From Rubripirellula sp. (GTDB taxonomy: Bacteria > Planctomycetota > Planctomycetia > Pirellulales > Pirellulaceae): DNA of 64,000 nucleotides. Below, one piece after another: positions 1 through 8,812 of the stretch. Positions within the stretch are counted from its first letter, which is position 1, and every line of letters starts with the position of its first letter. The stretch spans positions 3,552,001-3,616,000 of the forward strand of contig OZ244207.1 in NCBI GenBank assembly GCA_965216875.1. The letters run 5' to 3'. Position numbers and translations under genes: made by a program. Below the pieces are notes generated by a model. That model was not told the origin of the DNA. It ran no database searches and saw only the letters and a program-made list of their open reading frames with translations.

Positions 1-188
1 TCGAAACTCTTGACATCCGTGAGCGGATCAAAATTCAGCTCGCTTTTCTTTTCCAACCAAAAGGGGCTGCCCGTCTCTTCGCTAAAGTGCCAGTGCACGG
101 TTTTCAACGTGTGCTCGTTCAACTGGTCGCGTGCTGCGGCGGCCTGCTTGGCGACATCTTCTCCGATGGGGCTGTCGGCCGTGCTCAT
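1..188 (-). CDS. 5' part of a putative EhpF-like / phenylacetate-CoA-ligase-like adenylate-forming protein (runs off window edge)
   Basis: Not in ORF track. Manual translation from ATG at 188: MSTADSPIGEDVAKQAAAARDQLNEHTLKTVHWHFSEETGSPFWLEKKSELNFDPLTDVKSF; the WHFxxxTGSPFW motif is recalled from the N-terminus of EhpF-like ligases. Confidence 0.6.
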   Translation of the reverse strand, partial: MSTADSPIGEDVAKQAAAARDQLNEHTLKTVHWHFSEETGSPFWLEKKSELNFDPLTDVKSF

Positions 189-527
189 CTTCTTTTTCTG
201 CCTGAAGTAACTGGGGTGGGAAAGGGCTGTCCAATCGGACCTTCGACGGACGAAGTACACCGATCTTGTCGGGATGGTCGGTCATGATATCACGATCATG
301 GTTGCTGGCGACGACCAACCCGAAACAATGCTGTCAGGTCATTATCCGACGCAGTAAACACCGGTCGAATCGTTTCGGCCTGCATTGCCCCTACTGCGCC
401 AAGTTGCCCAATCGATACGACTTGGCGTTTTGCAGCGTTTTGCGCATTCGGTCGGATGCGCACCAAAAAACGCCGTGGCAAAATACCACGGCGTCGATGG
501 GTCAAAATTGGTCTGCTGAAGGCAAGA

Positions 528-1682
528 TCAGGGGGTCGCCAAGCTTGCGACTGGTGGGACTGCGATATTGTCTCTCGATCCATTGGAGGCCGCAGCAGCG
601 ATACCAGCGATCGCGGCAACACCCGCTGCTGGTCCCAAGCCGCCCGATCCACCACCGCCGCCGCCGCCACCTGCGACTCCACCGCCACCGGTGCCACCAC
701 CAGCAACAGGAGTTCCGAGGCCTTCCTCAGGAACTTCTTCAATGGGGTTTCCGTCCTCATCAAGCATGGACGAATCTTCTTCCTCGTCTTCGTCTTCGTC
801 TTCTTCCTCACTCTCTTCTTCCTCGAGCACTTCTTCGATCTCTTCGGCGCTCAAAGGAATGACTTCCAATTCAAGTGCTGCATCAGCGGCCTCGTCTTGG
901 ACGGCAACGAGAGTTCGCTCGCCGTTGCTGACCGAAGTCAACGCCGATTCAGAAAGCTCGAATCCAACAGCAGCCAAACCTTGCTGCCCAACGGACACTA
1001 CCGAATAAACACCCGGCTCGAGCCCGCGGAAGTTGTATGTACCCGACGCATCGCTGACACCCCGAGCAACCAGCTTGCGGTTGTTGAACAAGAAAACGTT
1101 CATGTCCGAGGCGGGCTGGCTCGTCACCGAGCTCATCTGAACCGCAACATGGCCGCTTGAATGCGGAACGCTGATTTTGACGTTGCTAACGCGACTGACG
1201 TGCTTGACCAAGACTTGCTCGTCGGCCGTCAGGTTGTCTCGCGTTTGATCGAATGCGAGGTAAGGAGTGATCGTCGACTTGAATTGACGACCTCCGACCA
1301 AGGCACAGGTGATCTCGGCCGAATCGGGGCAGCTTGACGAATCGTCCTGAGCAAGGACGTGCATCGCGTAGCATGCGAATAGACCGTCCGCTTTCGCGGT
1401 CATCGCATACACGCCCGGCATCACATCGTTGATCTTCACGTCACCGTGCAGGTCGGTCTTTCCTTGAAAGGTCAGCCCCTGCTTGCCGTGAAGCGTCACC
1501 TTCGTGTTCGGGACAACCGTGGCACCACCGCGAAATGGCATCACAACCCGAGCTTTGAACTCGCCAGGGGTGGATGGCATCACGCATTGAGCCACAACCA
1601 TTTGGGTGTCAGCCGCGTCTGTGTTGACCGCACCCAATCCTGCCAGTGCTAGCAGGAGTGTCGCAACAAGTAGTCTCATCAT
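528..1682 (-). CDS. Secreted protein with two carboxypeptidase-regulatory/transthyretin-like beta-sandwich repeats, acidic tract and Gly-rich C-terminal tail
   Basis: Signal peptide MMRLLVATLLLALAGLGA after GAGGAA; repeated GKTDLHG..PGVYAM / GVSDASG..PGVYSV motifs; EEEESEEEDEDEDEEED and GGGTGGGGVAGGGGGGGGSGG tracts; start trimmed from ORF 1736. Confidence 0.7.
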   Translation of the reverse strand: MMRLLVATLLLALAGLGAVNTDAADTQMVVAQCVMPSTPGEFKARVVMPFRGGATVVPNTKVTLHGKQGLTFQGKTDLHGDVKINDVMPGVYAMTAKADGLFACYAMHVLAQDDSSSCPDSAEITCALVGGRQFKSTITPYLAFDQTRDNLTADEQVLVKHVSRVSNVKISVPHSSGHVAVQMSSVTSQPASDMNVFLFNNRKLVARGVSDASGTYNFRGLEPGVYSVVSVGQQGLAAVGFELSESALTSVSNGERTLVAVQDEAADAALELEVIPLSAEEIEEVLEEEESEEEDEDEDEEEDSSMLDEDGNPIEEVPEEGLGTPVAGGGTGGGGVAGGGGGGGGSGGLGPAAGVAAIAGIAAAASNGSRDNIAVPPVASLATP

Positions 1683-1988
1683 GTTCCTCGACAGAATCGC
1701 GTCCCAAGGACGCCACCGGCAGAGATCGCCTGTCAAAATAGGTAAACGTTTGCTTGATAGTAGGTAAACAAGGTGGCAGTATCAACGGGCTGACCGGTGT
1801 TTCTAGCCAAACCGGAACAATCACCACCTCAAAACCCCCTCCGCGGAAGTACACGCAGGCGGTGTACACAAACCCAACAAAAACCCCGAGCCCCGGTTGG
1901 CCGAGCGATCTTCTGGCCATTGTCTGGCGTAGTGACTAGCAATCGCGACTTGGAAACGGAATCCAAGCACTCCTCTCGGAAACATTCC

Positions 1989-2342
1989 ATGGTCAACCCC
2001 TTCCAAGCCCCGCCCTCGGTCAACGAAGAAGCTGTCGTCTTTGGCGAAGCCGTTCGAAAACGGGGCGGACTGTTGCATCGTGAAATCGAATTCCGTCAGC
2101 CGGTTGCCGCCAGACTGGTGTACGACGGAAAGTGGTTTCGTCAGAAGATCGAAATCGATGGCCACGTCGTTTGGTACAGGATCAGCTGGCTGACGATTCA
2201 CCGAACGGCCAAGTTCAAGCTTCCTGGTGCCGCCTCGGCCGATCCGGACGCAAGAATGGAAGTCGATTTCACGAAAGGGCTCGGTATCCGCCGTTTTCGA
2301 GTTTGGATGAACGACGAGCTGGCCTACGACGAAATCAATTAG
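1989..2342 (+). CDS. Hypothetical protein
   Basis: Probable start MVNPFQAPP at ATG 1989 within ORF 1797..2342; natural-looking beta-rich composition. Confidence 0.65.
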   Translation: MVNPFQAPPSVNEEAVVFGEAVRKRGGLLHREIEFRQPVAARLVYDGKWFRQKIEIDGHVVWYRISWLTIHRTAKFKLPGAASADPDARMEVDFTKGLGIRRFRVWMNDELAYDEIN

Positions 2343-2376
2343 GCGCCGCAGCGCATTTTTGGAACGTGAGGATTCC

Positions 2377-2552
2377 GTAGCTATCTTCGCCAGAAGGTGG
2401 TCGCGGTGGTGAGAGGCGCGAGAGAAGACTCCGCCTGAAGGCGGTACTACGAACTTGGCTACCGAAGAAAGCCCGGCCGCTTACGCGATCACGGCTCAGA
2501 GGTGAGCGGCTAGGCGCGCGGGAAGATTCCTTCTGAAGGCGGTACTACGAAC
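2377..2552. repeat. REP-like cluster (families A, B-variant, G) between convergent genes
   Basis: GTAGCTATCTTCGCCAGAAGGTGG 2377-2400; CCGCCTGAAGGCGGTACTACGAAC ~2431-2454 and a variant at ~2526-2552; AGCCCGGCCGCTTACGCGATCACGGCTC ~2470-2497; all recur elsewhere in the window. Confidence 0.8.
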
Positions 2553-2567
2553 ATAGCCCGACGCTAA

Positions 2568-3179
2568 CTACCGCGTTTGGCTCACTTCGAGCACCACTCC
2601 GGCCGGGCCACAATTCTGAACTCGGCTCGGGCCGACCGACACTTGCTTTCCCCAGTCATCATGGATGTGACCACAGATGACGAGTTCTGGTTTCTTGGTT
2701 TCGACCGTCGATCGAATCGCTTGGCTTCCCCGCACGCGTCCCGAAGCGTCATGGTCGACCGTATCGATTGGAGGCGAATGAACGACCAGCACGCCACCGT
2801 CCCCGCATCCTTCTAACATCGCCGCGGCTTGTTGTTCATCAAAGTCGTAGCTCCAGTCACCAAAGGGCGTCACCGGTATTCCTCCACCGACGCCCCAAAA
2901 CGAGACACCGTCGAGTTCACATCCGTCACCGTGCAACACGGTCGCGGTCGCCCAAACTTTGGCTGCCTCTTTGAGCTCTTCGGCCGATTCGCCATTGCCC
3001 GGAACAAGCACGGCAGGTTTGTTGATCGCGGCCAGGATATCGAGCGTGTCCGCCAAGCCTGATCGCCGTATCGCAAAATCACCAGCACCGACCACCACGT
3101 CGACATCGGCCGCAAGCTCAACAAGTTTCTCAGCCGCCGATTTGTCGCAATGCAAATCACTAAAACAAAGTAGACGCAC
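2568..3179 (-). CDS. Calcineurin-like metallophosphoesterase (Icc-like)
   Basis: Motifs FSDLH, GAGD, VPGNGE, VHSPP, CGHIH; probable GTG start at 3179 (ORF extends to 3209). Confidence 0.9.
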   Translation of the reverse strand: MRLLCFSDLHCDKSAAEKLVELAADVDVVVGAGDFAIRRSGLADTLDILAAINKPAVLVPGNGESAEELKEAAKVWATATVLHGDGCELDGVSFWGVGGGIPVTPFGDWSYDFDEQQAAAMLEGCGDGGVLVVHSPPIDTVDHDASGRVRGSQAIRSTVETKKPELVICGHIHDDWGKQVSVGPSRVQNCGPAGVVLEVSQTR

Positions 3180-3399
3180 GCCAAAGATCCTTTTGCGCGA
3201 TTCGAACAACCAAAGAGAACGACCGGTAATTTAATGGAATGCGCGTCCGCTTCCCACGGTCGACTCGGTCAAGAAGAGGTGCTTTTGCGCCGATGCCGAA
3301 ACGCGTTGGGCAATGGTTTGCTTGGCGGGTGCCAATCCCCTACCTTTGAAGGAGGCATTCGGCGAACTCTCTTCGCCCGACACTTGTCATAGCGATCAG

Positions 3400-4032
3400 A
3401 TGAACGTCGAATCAACCACACCGCTAGCCGACTTTACACAGTTGCTTCTGGAGGAAGGACGTGCGTTGACTCGTGGTGACCTTCACCTGGAGCGGGCGTC
3501 CGAGGCGGATCGCGAAGCAACGGCAATGTTCCTGGTGACTGCAAACGAGCAAGCCGTCTGGGACGCGCCGTTTGCACCACCCAGCTTCAATGTCGAGGTC
3601 GCGGTGTGGAGCGCCGAGGCGTTTGCGTGGGCGTGTGGCATGCTGATCGATCGCGCGGAAACCGACACCGCCGTCCCCGACTGGCTCGCGAAAAAGGTGC
3701 CGCAACCCAATGATCCTTCCCATCATTGGTCGGTCGACCTGGTGTTTCGATTCGGTCGAGATCTTTTCCAGCGTTCAGCGCGACTGGCTGAAGAGGACGC
3801 GTTCCACAAACACCTTTCAGATCTGCTGTCAGCGTGGCCCCTGGCTTGTGTCGGAACGCCGATCGAGAACCCAAACGCGAGCATTGGTGTCCTTACACAG
3901 CATCCCTGCTTGCGAACCCTTTTCATCGAGCGGATCGTTCTCGTCCATGATTCGGAGCGAGCGGCAATCGAACAACTTGCCGACGAGTTTTCGATGCTCA
4001 TTGGCGCCCATCCAGAGCTAGGCATCCAGTAG
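3400..4032 (+). CDS. bpX4-like protein of MoxR-vWA-beta-propeller ternary system
   Basis: Helical ~210 aa with AVWSAEAFAWAC, WSVDLVFRF, LSAWPLACVG, LFIERIV, LIGAHP; lies directly upstream of MoxR ATPase. Confidence 0.7.
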   Translation: MNVESTTPLADFTQLLLEEGRALTRGDLHLERASEADREATAMFLVTANEQAVWDAPFAPPSFNVEVAVWSAEAFAWACGMLIDRAETDTAVPDWLAKKVPQPNDPSHHWSVDLVFRFGRDLFQRSARLAEEDAFHKHLSDLLSAWPLACVGTPIENPNASIGVLTQHPCLRTLFIERIVLVHDSERAAIEQLADEFSMLIGAHPELGIQ

Positions 4033-4056
4033 CAAGCCGCAACAAGGAGATCACTG

Positions 4057-5217
4057 TTGAGCGAACCCGCGAACCAAACCCCCGAACTTGGCACGCTCGC
4101 ATCTCGGCTACGCGCAAGTGTCTTGGAACCCATCAAACAATCGCTCGTCGGCAAAGACGAGATCGTCGAAGTCCTCGGGGTCGCACTCGCGGCTGGCGAG
4201 AACGCGTTTTTGTTAGGTCCTCCCGGAACCGGAAAAAGCGCACTGGTTCAGGAACTTGCCGCCCGGCTTTCGGGACGTTCGTTCGACTACCTGCTCACCC
4301 GGTTCACCGAACCAAGTGAACTCTTCGGTCCGTTCGACTTGAGGCGGTTGAAAGACGGCGACCTCGTGACCAACACCGAAGGAATGCTCCCGGAAGCGGA
4401 CTTCGTCTTCCTTGACGAATTGCTCAACGCCAATAGTGCCATCTTGAATAGCCTGCTTTTGGCATTGAACGAACGGATCTTTCGGCGCGGTCGCGAAACG
4501 GTTGCCTTACCGATGCTTTTAGCAGTCGGTGCCAGCAATCGGTTGCCCGATGATGATGCGCTCGAGGCGTTGTTTGACCGATTCCTTTTGCGCGTCGTTT
4601 GCGACAATGTGGAAGACGATGGATTGCAGTCTGTTTTGGAAGCAGGCTGGCGGCGCGAGCAAAAGGGAACGATTGATTCGACCATGAGCATCGACGATGT
4701 TCGATCACTCACGCGTCAAACCGGCACGGTCAACCTGACCCCGGTTGGCCCTGCCTACTTGCAGCTCATTCGACAGCTGCGCAAGGCGGGCATGCCGATC
4801 AGCGATCGCCGAGCGGTGAGGTTGCAACGCGTCGTCGCCGCAAGCGCCGTGCTTTGCGGCCGCAGCGTCGCCGACGTTTCCGACCTTTGGATTCTGCGCT
4901 ACATCTGGGACACCCCAGCTCAATCGGAAATGCTTGCCGCCCAGGTTGCGTCAGTGACCGACCAATTCGCCGATTCGGTCGAAACCAAAGAGCAGCAGCG
5001 CCACCCCCTTTGCGACCATCGCGCCGGTGCCGATCCTGAACGCCTCTCTCAAGCAATCGACGCCGTGTTGGAGGAATCGAATCCGGCCGCCGCGTCCGAC
5101 CAACTGTGCTTGCTTGCGGCGCGGATCGAGTGGGTTGAACAAGAACAGAAGCGAGAACACTTGCGCGAACGTATCGAACAAGCTCGCCGCTCGCTGGCCA
5201 AAGACGGTGTCGCGTAG
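4057..5217 (+). CDS. MoxR/RavA-family AAA+ ATPase
   Basis: Walker A GPPGTGKS, YLLTRFTEPSELFGP, Walker B FLDE, NSAILNSLL, GASN, ALFDRFLLR, ISDRR. Confidence 0.95.
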   Translation: MSEPANQTPELGTLASRLRASVLEPIKQSLVGKDEIVEVLGVALAAGENAFLLGPPGTGKSALVQELAARLSGRSFDYLLTRFTEPSELFGPFDLRRLKDGDLVTNTEGMLPEADFVFLDELLNANSAILNSLLLALNERIFRRGRETVALPMLLAVGASNRLPDDDALEALFDRFLLRVVCDNVEDDGLQSVLEAGWRREQKGTIDSTMSIDDVRSLTRQTGTVNLTPVGPAYLQLIRQLRKAGMPISDRRAVRLQRVVAASAVLCGRSVADVSDLWILRYIWDTPAQSEMLAAQVASVTDQFADSVETKEQQRHPLCDHRAGADPERLSQAIDAVLEESNPAAASDQLCLLAARIEWVEQEQKREHLRERIEQARRSLAKDGVA

Positions 5218-5229
5218 GCGAGTCGAGAG

Positions 5230-5973
5230 ATGAACGTTTGGCTTCAACTCGAACCACATGTCACGCCCCAGGACCTGACTTTGTTGTTGTCCACCTCGGC
5301 CGAGTTTGCGGTGGACGATGCAGGTGATCGCTGGGTCCGCGCAACCGCGACCACCGACAACGCCGCATCGCTGCTGAGTCAGATTCCGGGCACGCGTTAC
5401 CGTTGCGACGGCCAATGGTTGATCCAATGGGGTTCGTCGGTGGCAACCCAACGCGTACCGAACAGCCTTAATTGGCAGCCGTTGTCGAAGGTGTTTTCCG
5501 TTCAGTTTCCACCAGCGGCAATGGCGGGATCGTCGTCAACGTTGCCGAAGCAGACGTTGACACTTCGTCGTGGCGGCCAGCCCCAACAACCTGCCGCGGC
5601 AATTGTCGATGTCGCGTTGCTCAAAGCTTGGTGTGACCGAACAAGTAACCTTCGTCTGCGTCGTCTGCGGTGGGCGCTGCGTGAAAGTGAAGGGTTTGCT
5701 GACGAAGGCTTGGTCATGGGATGGCCACTCCCCAACCTCTTACCAGCCAAGTTTTTGTGTGCTCAAAAGCGTGTCCTGATCCCGTCCGGTTTCGAGTGGT
5801 TCCCCAAGCTCGATGCCGACGACGTCCTCGATCTCTTTCAAGTGCCCGAACACTGTTGGTTGGTTTGGGAACGACCACAGCAATGGAGCATCGTTGCCGA
5901 CGATGCGTTGGTTGCGCTGCGGCGAAGCAGCATTCGCAAAGTCTGTAGTGAGCAATCGGTCCAGACCGAATAG
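5230..5973 (+). CDS. bpX2-like protein of ternary system
   Basis: RWVRA..IPGTRY, WQPL..FPPAAMAG, RLRRLRWA, GWPLPNL, IPSGFEWFP motifs; operonic between MoxR and vWA genes. Confidence 0.65.
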   Translation: MNVWLQLEPHVTPQDLTLLLSTSAEFAVDDAGDRWVRATATTDNAASLLSQIPGTRYRCDGQWLIQWGSSVATQRVPNSLNWQPLSKVFSVQFPPAAMAGSSSTLPKQTLTLRRGGQPQQPAAAIVDVALLKAWCDRTSNLRLRRLRWALRESEGFADEGLVMGWPLPNLLPAKFLCAQKRVLIPSGFEWFPKLDADDVLDLFQVPEHCWLVWERPQQWSIVADDALVALRRSSIRKVCSEQSVQTE

Positions 5974-5974
5974 C

Positions 5975-8812
5975 ATGAATCACATTGCCCCAACCATTCC
6001 CGATTACCTTCGACCGCCCTGCGACCAGCTCTGGCGTTGGGAAGACAATGGAGATGCCGCAACCTGGTGCGATGACCATGGAACGATCGCGTTTCGGTCC
6101 CAGCTTGAGCAAGTGCTTCGGCAAGTCGTTTCCGCGCTCGATGGTTTGCCGTCGTTGACCTCGGTAATGCTTGTTGTTGATGCGTGCAACGGGCATGTTG
6201 ATGAAGCGATCGTCCATCGCCTTTGGAATCTGAGCGACGCGAGATCTGAAAGCCTTTCGGTTGTGGTGGGTGATTCCAACGAGATCAGTGAAAGCCTTGA
6301 TTCCATTACGGAGATTCGGAATTGGCTTGAAGCGATCGCGCGGCTGCCGGGCGATTTGCGGAGCGGCGTGTCGGCGCAAGCTTCATTGATCACTTTTTCG
6401 CTCCAAAACGCTCCGCGTTCGACATTCGAAGTCGAACAGCAAGCAGCCGTGTCAATGATCGACCGGCTTGCCGTCCAGGGCGAGCTTCGCGATTCGAATT
6501 GGGCCGATGATGCGGAGGGTTTTCGAAACGGGCATCGCTGTCGTCATGCCATTGCCAATCTGCGATTGATGGCGCAACACCGTGTCGATGCCGATGCCCT
6601 GCGACTTTGGAAATCGGCGGGCACAGATCAAGTGCCCGAGGGACTGGACCCACTCTCGAATCATGACGACGAGCCGACCACACTTCGCCAGACACTTGAG
6701 GAGCTGGCCGGCGATGACCTCTGGGGCAGTGTTGCGCAAACCGCACTCGACGTTGCCAGTTGGTTGTCGCTACCGCGTCGTCCGAGCGATCCTGATGTCC
6801 TGCCCGTCGGTGGCGTTTCGGATGTGACCAACCGCGGTGACCCCGAACGTCTGTTGATGACCGAATTGGCCCAGGAACCACTTGCCATGCTCGCGCGCAT
6901 CGCCTCGGGACAGGCGTTGTACTTGCGACGCGAAACTCCGCCGGGTCCGTCACCCGATTTCCGCCCAGTCTTCCTCGAATCAGGCATCCGCACCTGGGGT
7001 TCACCGCGTTTGGAAATCGCCTCCGTCGGTCTCGGCATCGCTGCTTTGGAAGAGTCGCGCACTGGGATGGAGATCAAAATCTTGAGCGTCGCTGGCGACA
7101 AAGCGACGGTCGAAGATTTCTCCGGTCGTGACGGGATCATCGAGCATCTCGAACGGCTTAACACGGCGCCGCATCCAGGCGAAGCGATGATCCAATGGAT
7201 GGACAAGGCGTGTCAGCTCGATCAACCGATTGCGGACCCGATCATGGTCATCACGGCCGCCACGGACCGCGATGCCGAGTTTCGCCGTGTCACGAGCGAG
7301 CTACCGTCCGGATTCCTTGTCGTTCGTATCGAAAGCGACCACTCGGCAACGCTGCTTCGACGCACGCCCCTGGGCGACGAATCGCTGCAGAGCCTTTCCC
7401 TTCAACGTCAACAGCCAAAGCCACAACCCAAATTGGCGGGTCCTTCGCCCAACCTGCGCATCACCGACTCGTCGTTGGCTTTGTTTTTAAACATGAATCC
7501 GTGCCCTCTGCGATTCGCTGATTCGCTCGAAGGCAAATGGGCGGGAGCCTCAGCCTCGCTCGTCACGCCGGGCCTGTTTTCGATCACTTCGGACAAGCGG
7601 CTCCTTTGGTTCCACGATTCAAACCTCGGAGCAAGGCAATTGGTCGACCGTGTTCCGTCGGACGTCGTCCGCGCACAGGAACTCAATGGCGACGAAGCGT
7701 CTTTGGTTGTCGGCGCGACCGGCGCCCCGCAACATGTGCTCAACGTTTGCGCCACCACCGGCGAGATCACTTGCTTGCAGCTCCCCTCGGCGTCCGGCCC
7801 GGCAACCTACGTGTTTGATCAGGGTTCGCTCTTTCGAATCGGCAACCAGATCGAGCTGATTGACCGCCACACTGGCGAAGTGATCGACAAAAGCAACAAT
7901 CGGCTGACGCACATTGGCGGTCCCGTCTTGGGAAGTTCCCAACTTCACGTGATCGCCAACGGTGGCAATCAAATCGTCACTCATCGGATGACCGATCCCT
8001 TCAAACCGTCTTCATGTGCCTACCTTGCGGTCCGAAACAGCGACGGCGTGCTGGTTGTCATTGACCGCAACATGCAACGGTGTGTTCTCGATGCACAAGC
8101 TTCGACGGAAACCGGCGTGGATCAAACCCACCATCCACTCTTGGGTCCTCTCAAACTTGCTTACCAAAGCTCAAACAAACAGACCGTTGTGATCGAAGGA
8201 TCCCGTTCACCAAACCCTTACACTCCCGATCACCAGCGAGACAATCGGCGAGTTTTGAATCTAACAACGGGGCAGGTCAAGGTTCCCATTGTCCGGAGTT
8301 CCAACCTTCTTCACTTGGTAAGCGAATTCGATCCCGTGCTCTCTGGCCTTCAGCAAACACGCAACCTGCTGATCCGGTTGTCGGGGGTTTCTTTTGAGGG
8401 TGAGGATTTCTTTGTCGTGATGAAGCGTGGTCGACGACGTCAGCTGGTCGCGAAACCGGAGCGGAACCGAATGGTAATCGAGCCTACCGTCGGGTTAGCT
8501 TACCGCTACCATGCGTTCTCGAGAGCGACGCGCATTGAAACTCGGGCTGGTGCAACACAATGGAAGCTGCGCACGACGACCGTCGGTGCCAATCGAATCA
8601 CAGCTGACTCGCGCGGCTTGTTGCATCTTCGCCGCGGCGACGACAGAAGCGAAATCACTTTGATGCTGTACGAATCTTGGTTGAGTGGTTGGACAAGCTG
8701 GGGTGCCAAGTTTGGTGACCCTTACTTTACCGGCGAGCCCCAGTCGGACCTTGATGCCGACGTCGTCCTCTGGCTGAAGGAGTTTGCAAGACAATGCAGC
8801 CAATTGAGCTAA
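5975..8812 (+). CDS. bpX0 / vWA-like / beta-rich / bpX1 core protein of ternary system
   Basis: LPVGGVSDVTNRGDPERLLMTELA, ALYLRRETPP, FLESGIRTWGSPR (vWA-like strand), C-terminal DSRGLLHL..EITL..GWTS.G..FGDPYF; start moved to ATG 5975, 1 nt after the upstream stop. Confidence 0.75.
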   Translation: MNHIAPTIPDYLRPPCDQLWRWEDNGDAATWCDDHGTIAFRSQLEQVLRQVVSALDGLPSLTSVMLVVDACNGHVDEAIVHRLWNLSDARSESLSVVVGDSNEISESLDSITEIRNWLEAIARLPGDLRSGVSAQASLITFSLQNAPRSTFEVEQQAAVSMIDRLAVQGELRDSNWADDAEGFRNGHRCRHAIANLRLMAQHRVDADALRLWKSAGTDQVPEGLDPLSNHDDEPTTLRQTLEELAGDDLWGSVAQTALDVASWLSLPRRPSDPDVLPVGGVSDVTNRGDPERLLMTELAQEPLAMLARIASGQALYLRRETPPGPSPDFRPVFLESGIRTWGSPRLEIASVGLGIAALEESRTGMEIKILSVAGDKATVEDFSGRDGIIEHLERLNTAPHPGEAMIQWMDKACQLDQPIADPIMVITAATDRDAEFRRVTSELPSGFLVVRIESDHSATLLRRTPLGDESLQSLSLQRQQPKPQPKLAGPSPNLRITDSSLALFLNMNPCPLRFADSLEGKWAGASASLVTPGLFSITSDKRLLWFHDSNLGARQLVDRVPSDVVRAQELNGDEASLVVGATGAPQHVLNVCATTGEITCLQLPSASGPATYVFDQGSLFRIGNQIELIDRHTGEVIDKSNNRLTHIGGPVLGSSQLHVIANGGNQIVTHRMTDPFKPSSCAYLAVRNSDGVLVVIDRNMQRCVLDAQASTETGVDQTHHPLLGPLKLAYQSSNKQTVVIEGSRSPNPYTPDHQRDNRRVLNLTTGQVKVPIVRSSNLLHLVSEFDPVLSGLQQTRNLLIRLSGVSFEGEDFFVVMKRGRRRQLVAKPERNRMVIEPTVGLAYRYHAFSRATRIETRAGATQWKLRTTTVGANRITADSRGLLHLRRGDDRSEITLMLYESWLSGWTSWGAKFGDPYFTGEPQSDLDADVVLWLKEFARQCSQLS

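Noticed and set aside
82..318. 78-aa minus-strand ORF in the track
   Set aside because: Overlaps in another frame the more protein-like ORF starting at 188
2568..3179. Metallophosphoesterase as the effector of the ternary system
   Set aside because: Divergently transcribed, stand-alone generic Icc-like enzyme; no sequence evidence of linkage beyond adjacency
5813..5974. N-terminal extension of the vWA gene / possible frameshift fusion with the upstream gene
   Set aside because: Overlaps the upstream CDS by 160 nt; ATG 5975 directly after its stop is the simpler start and no slippery site was evident
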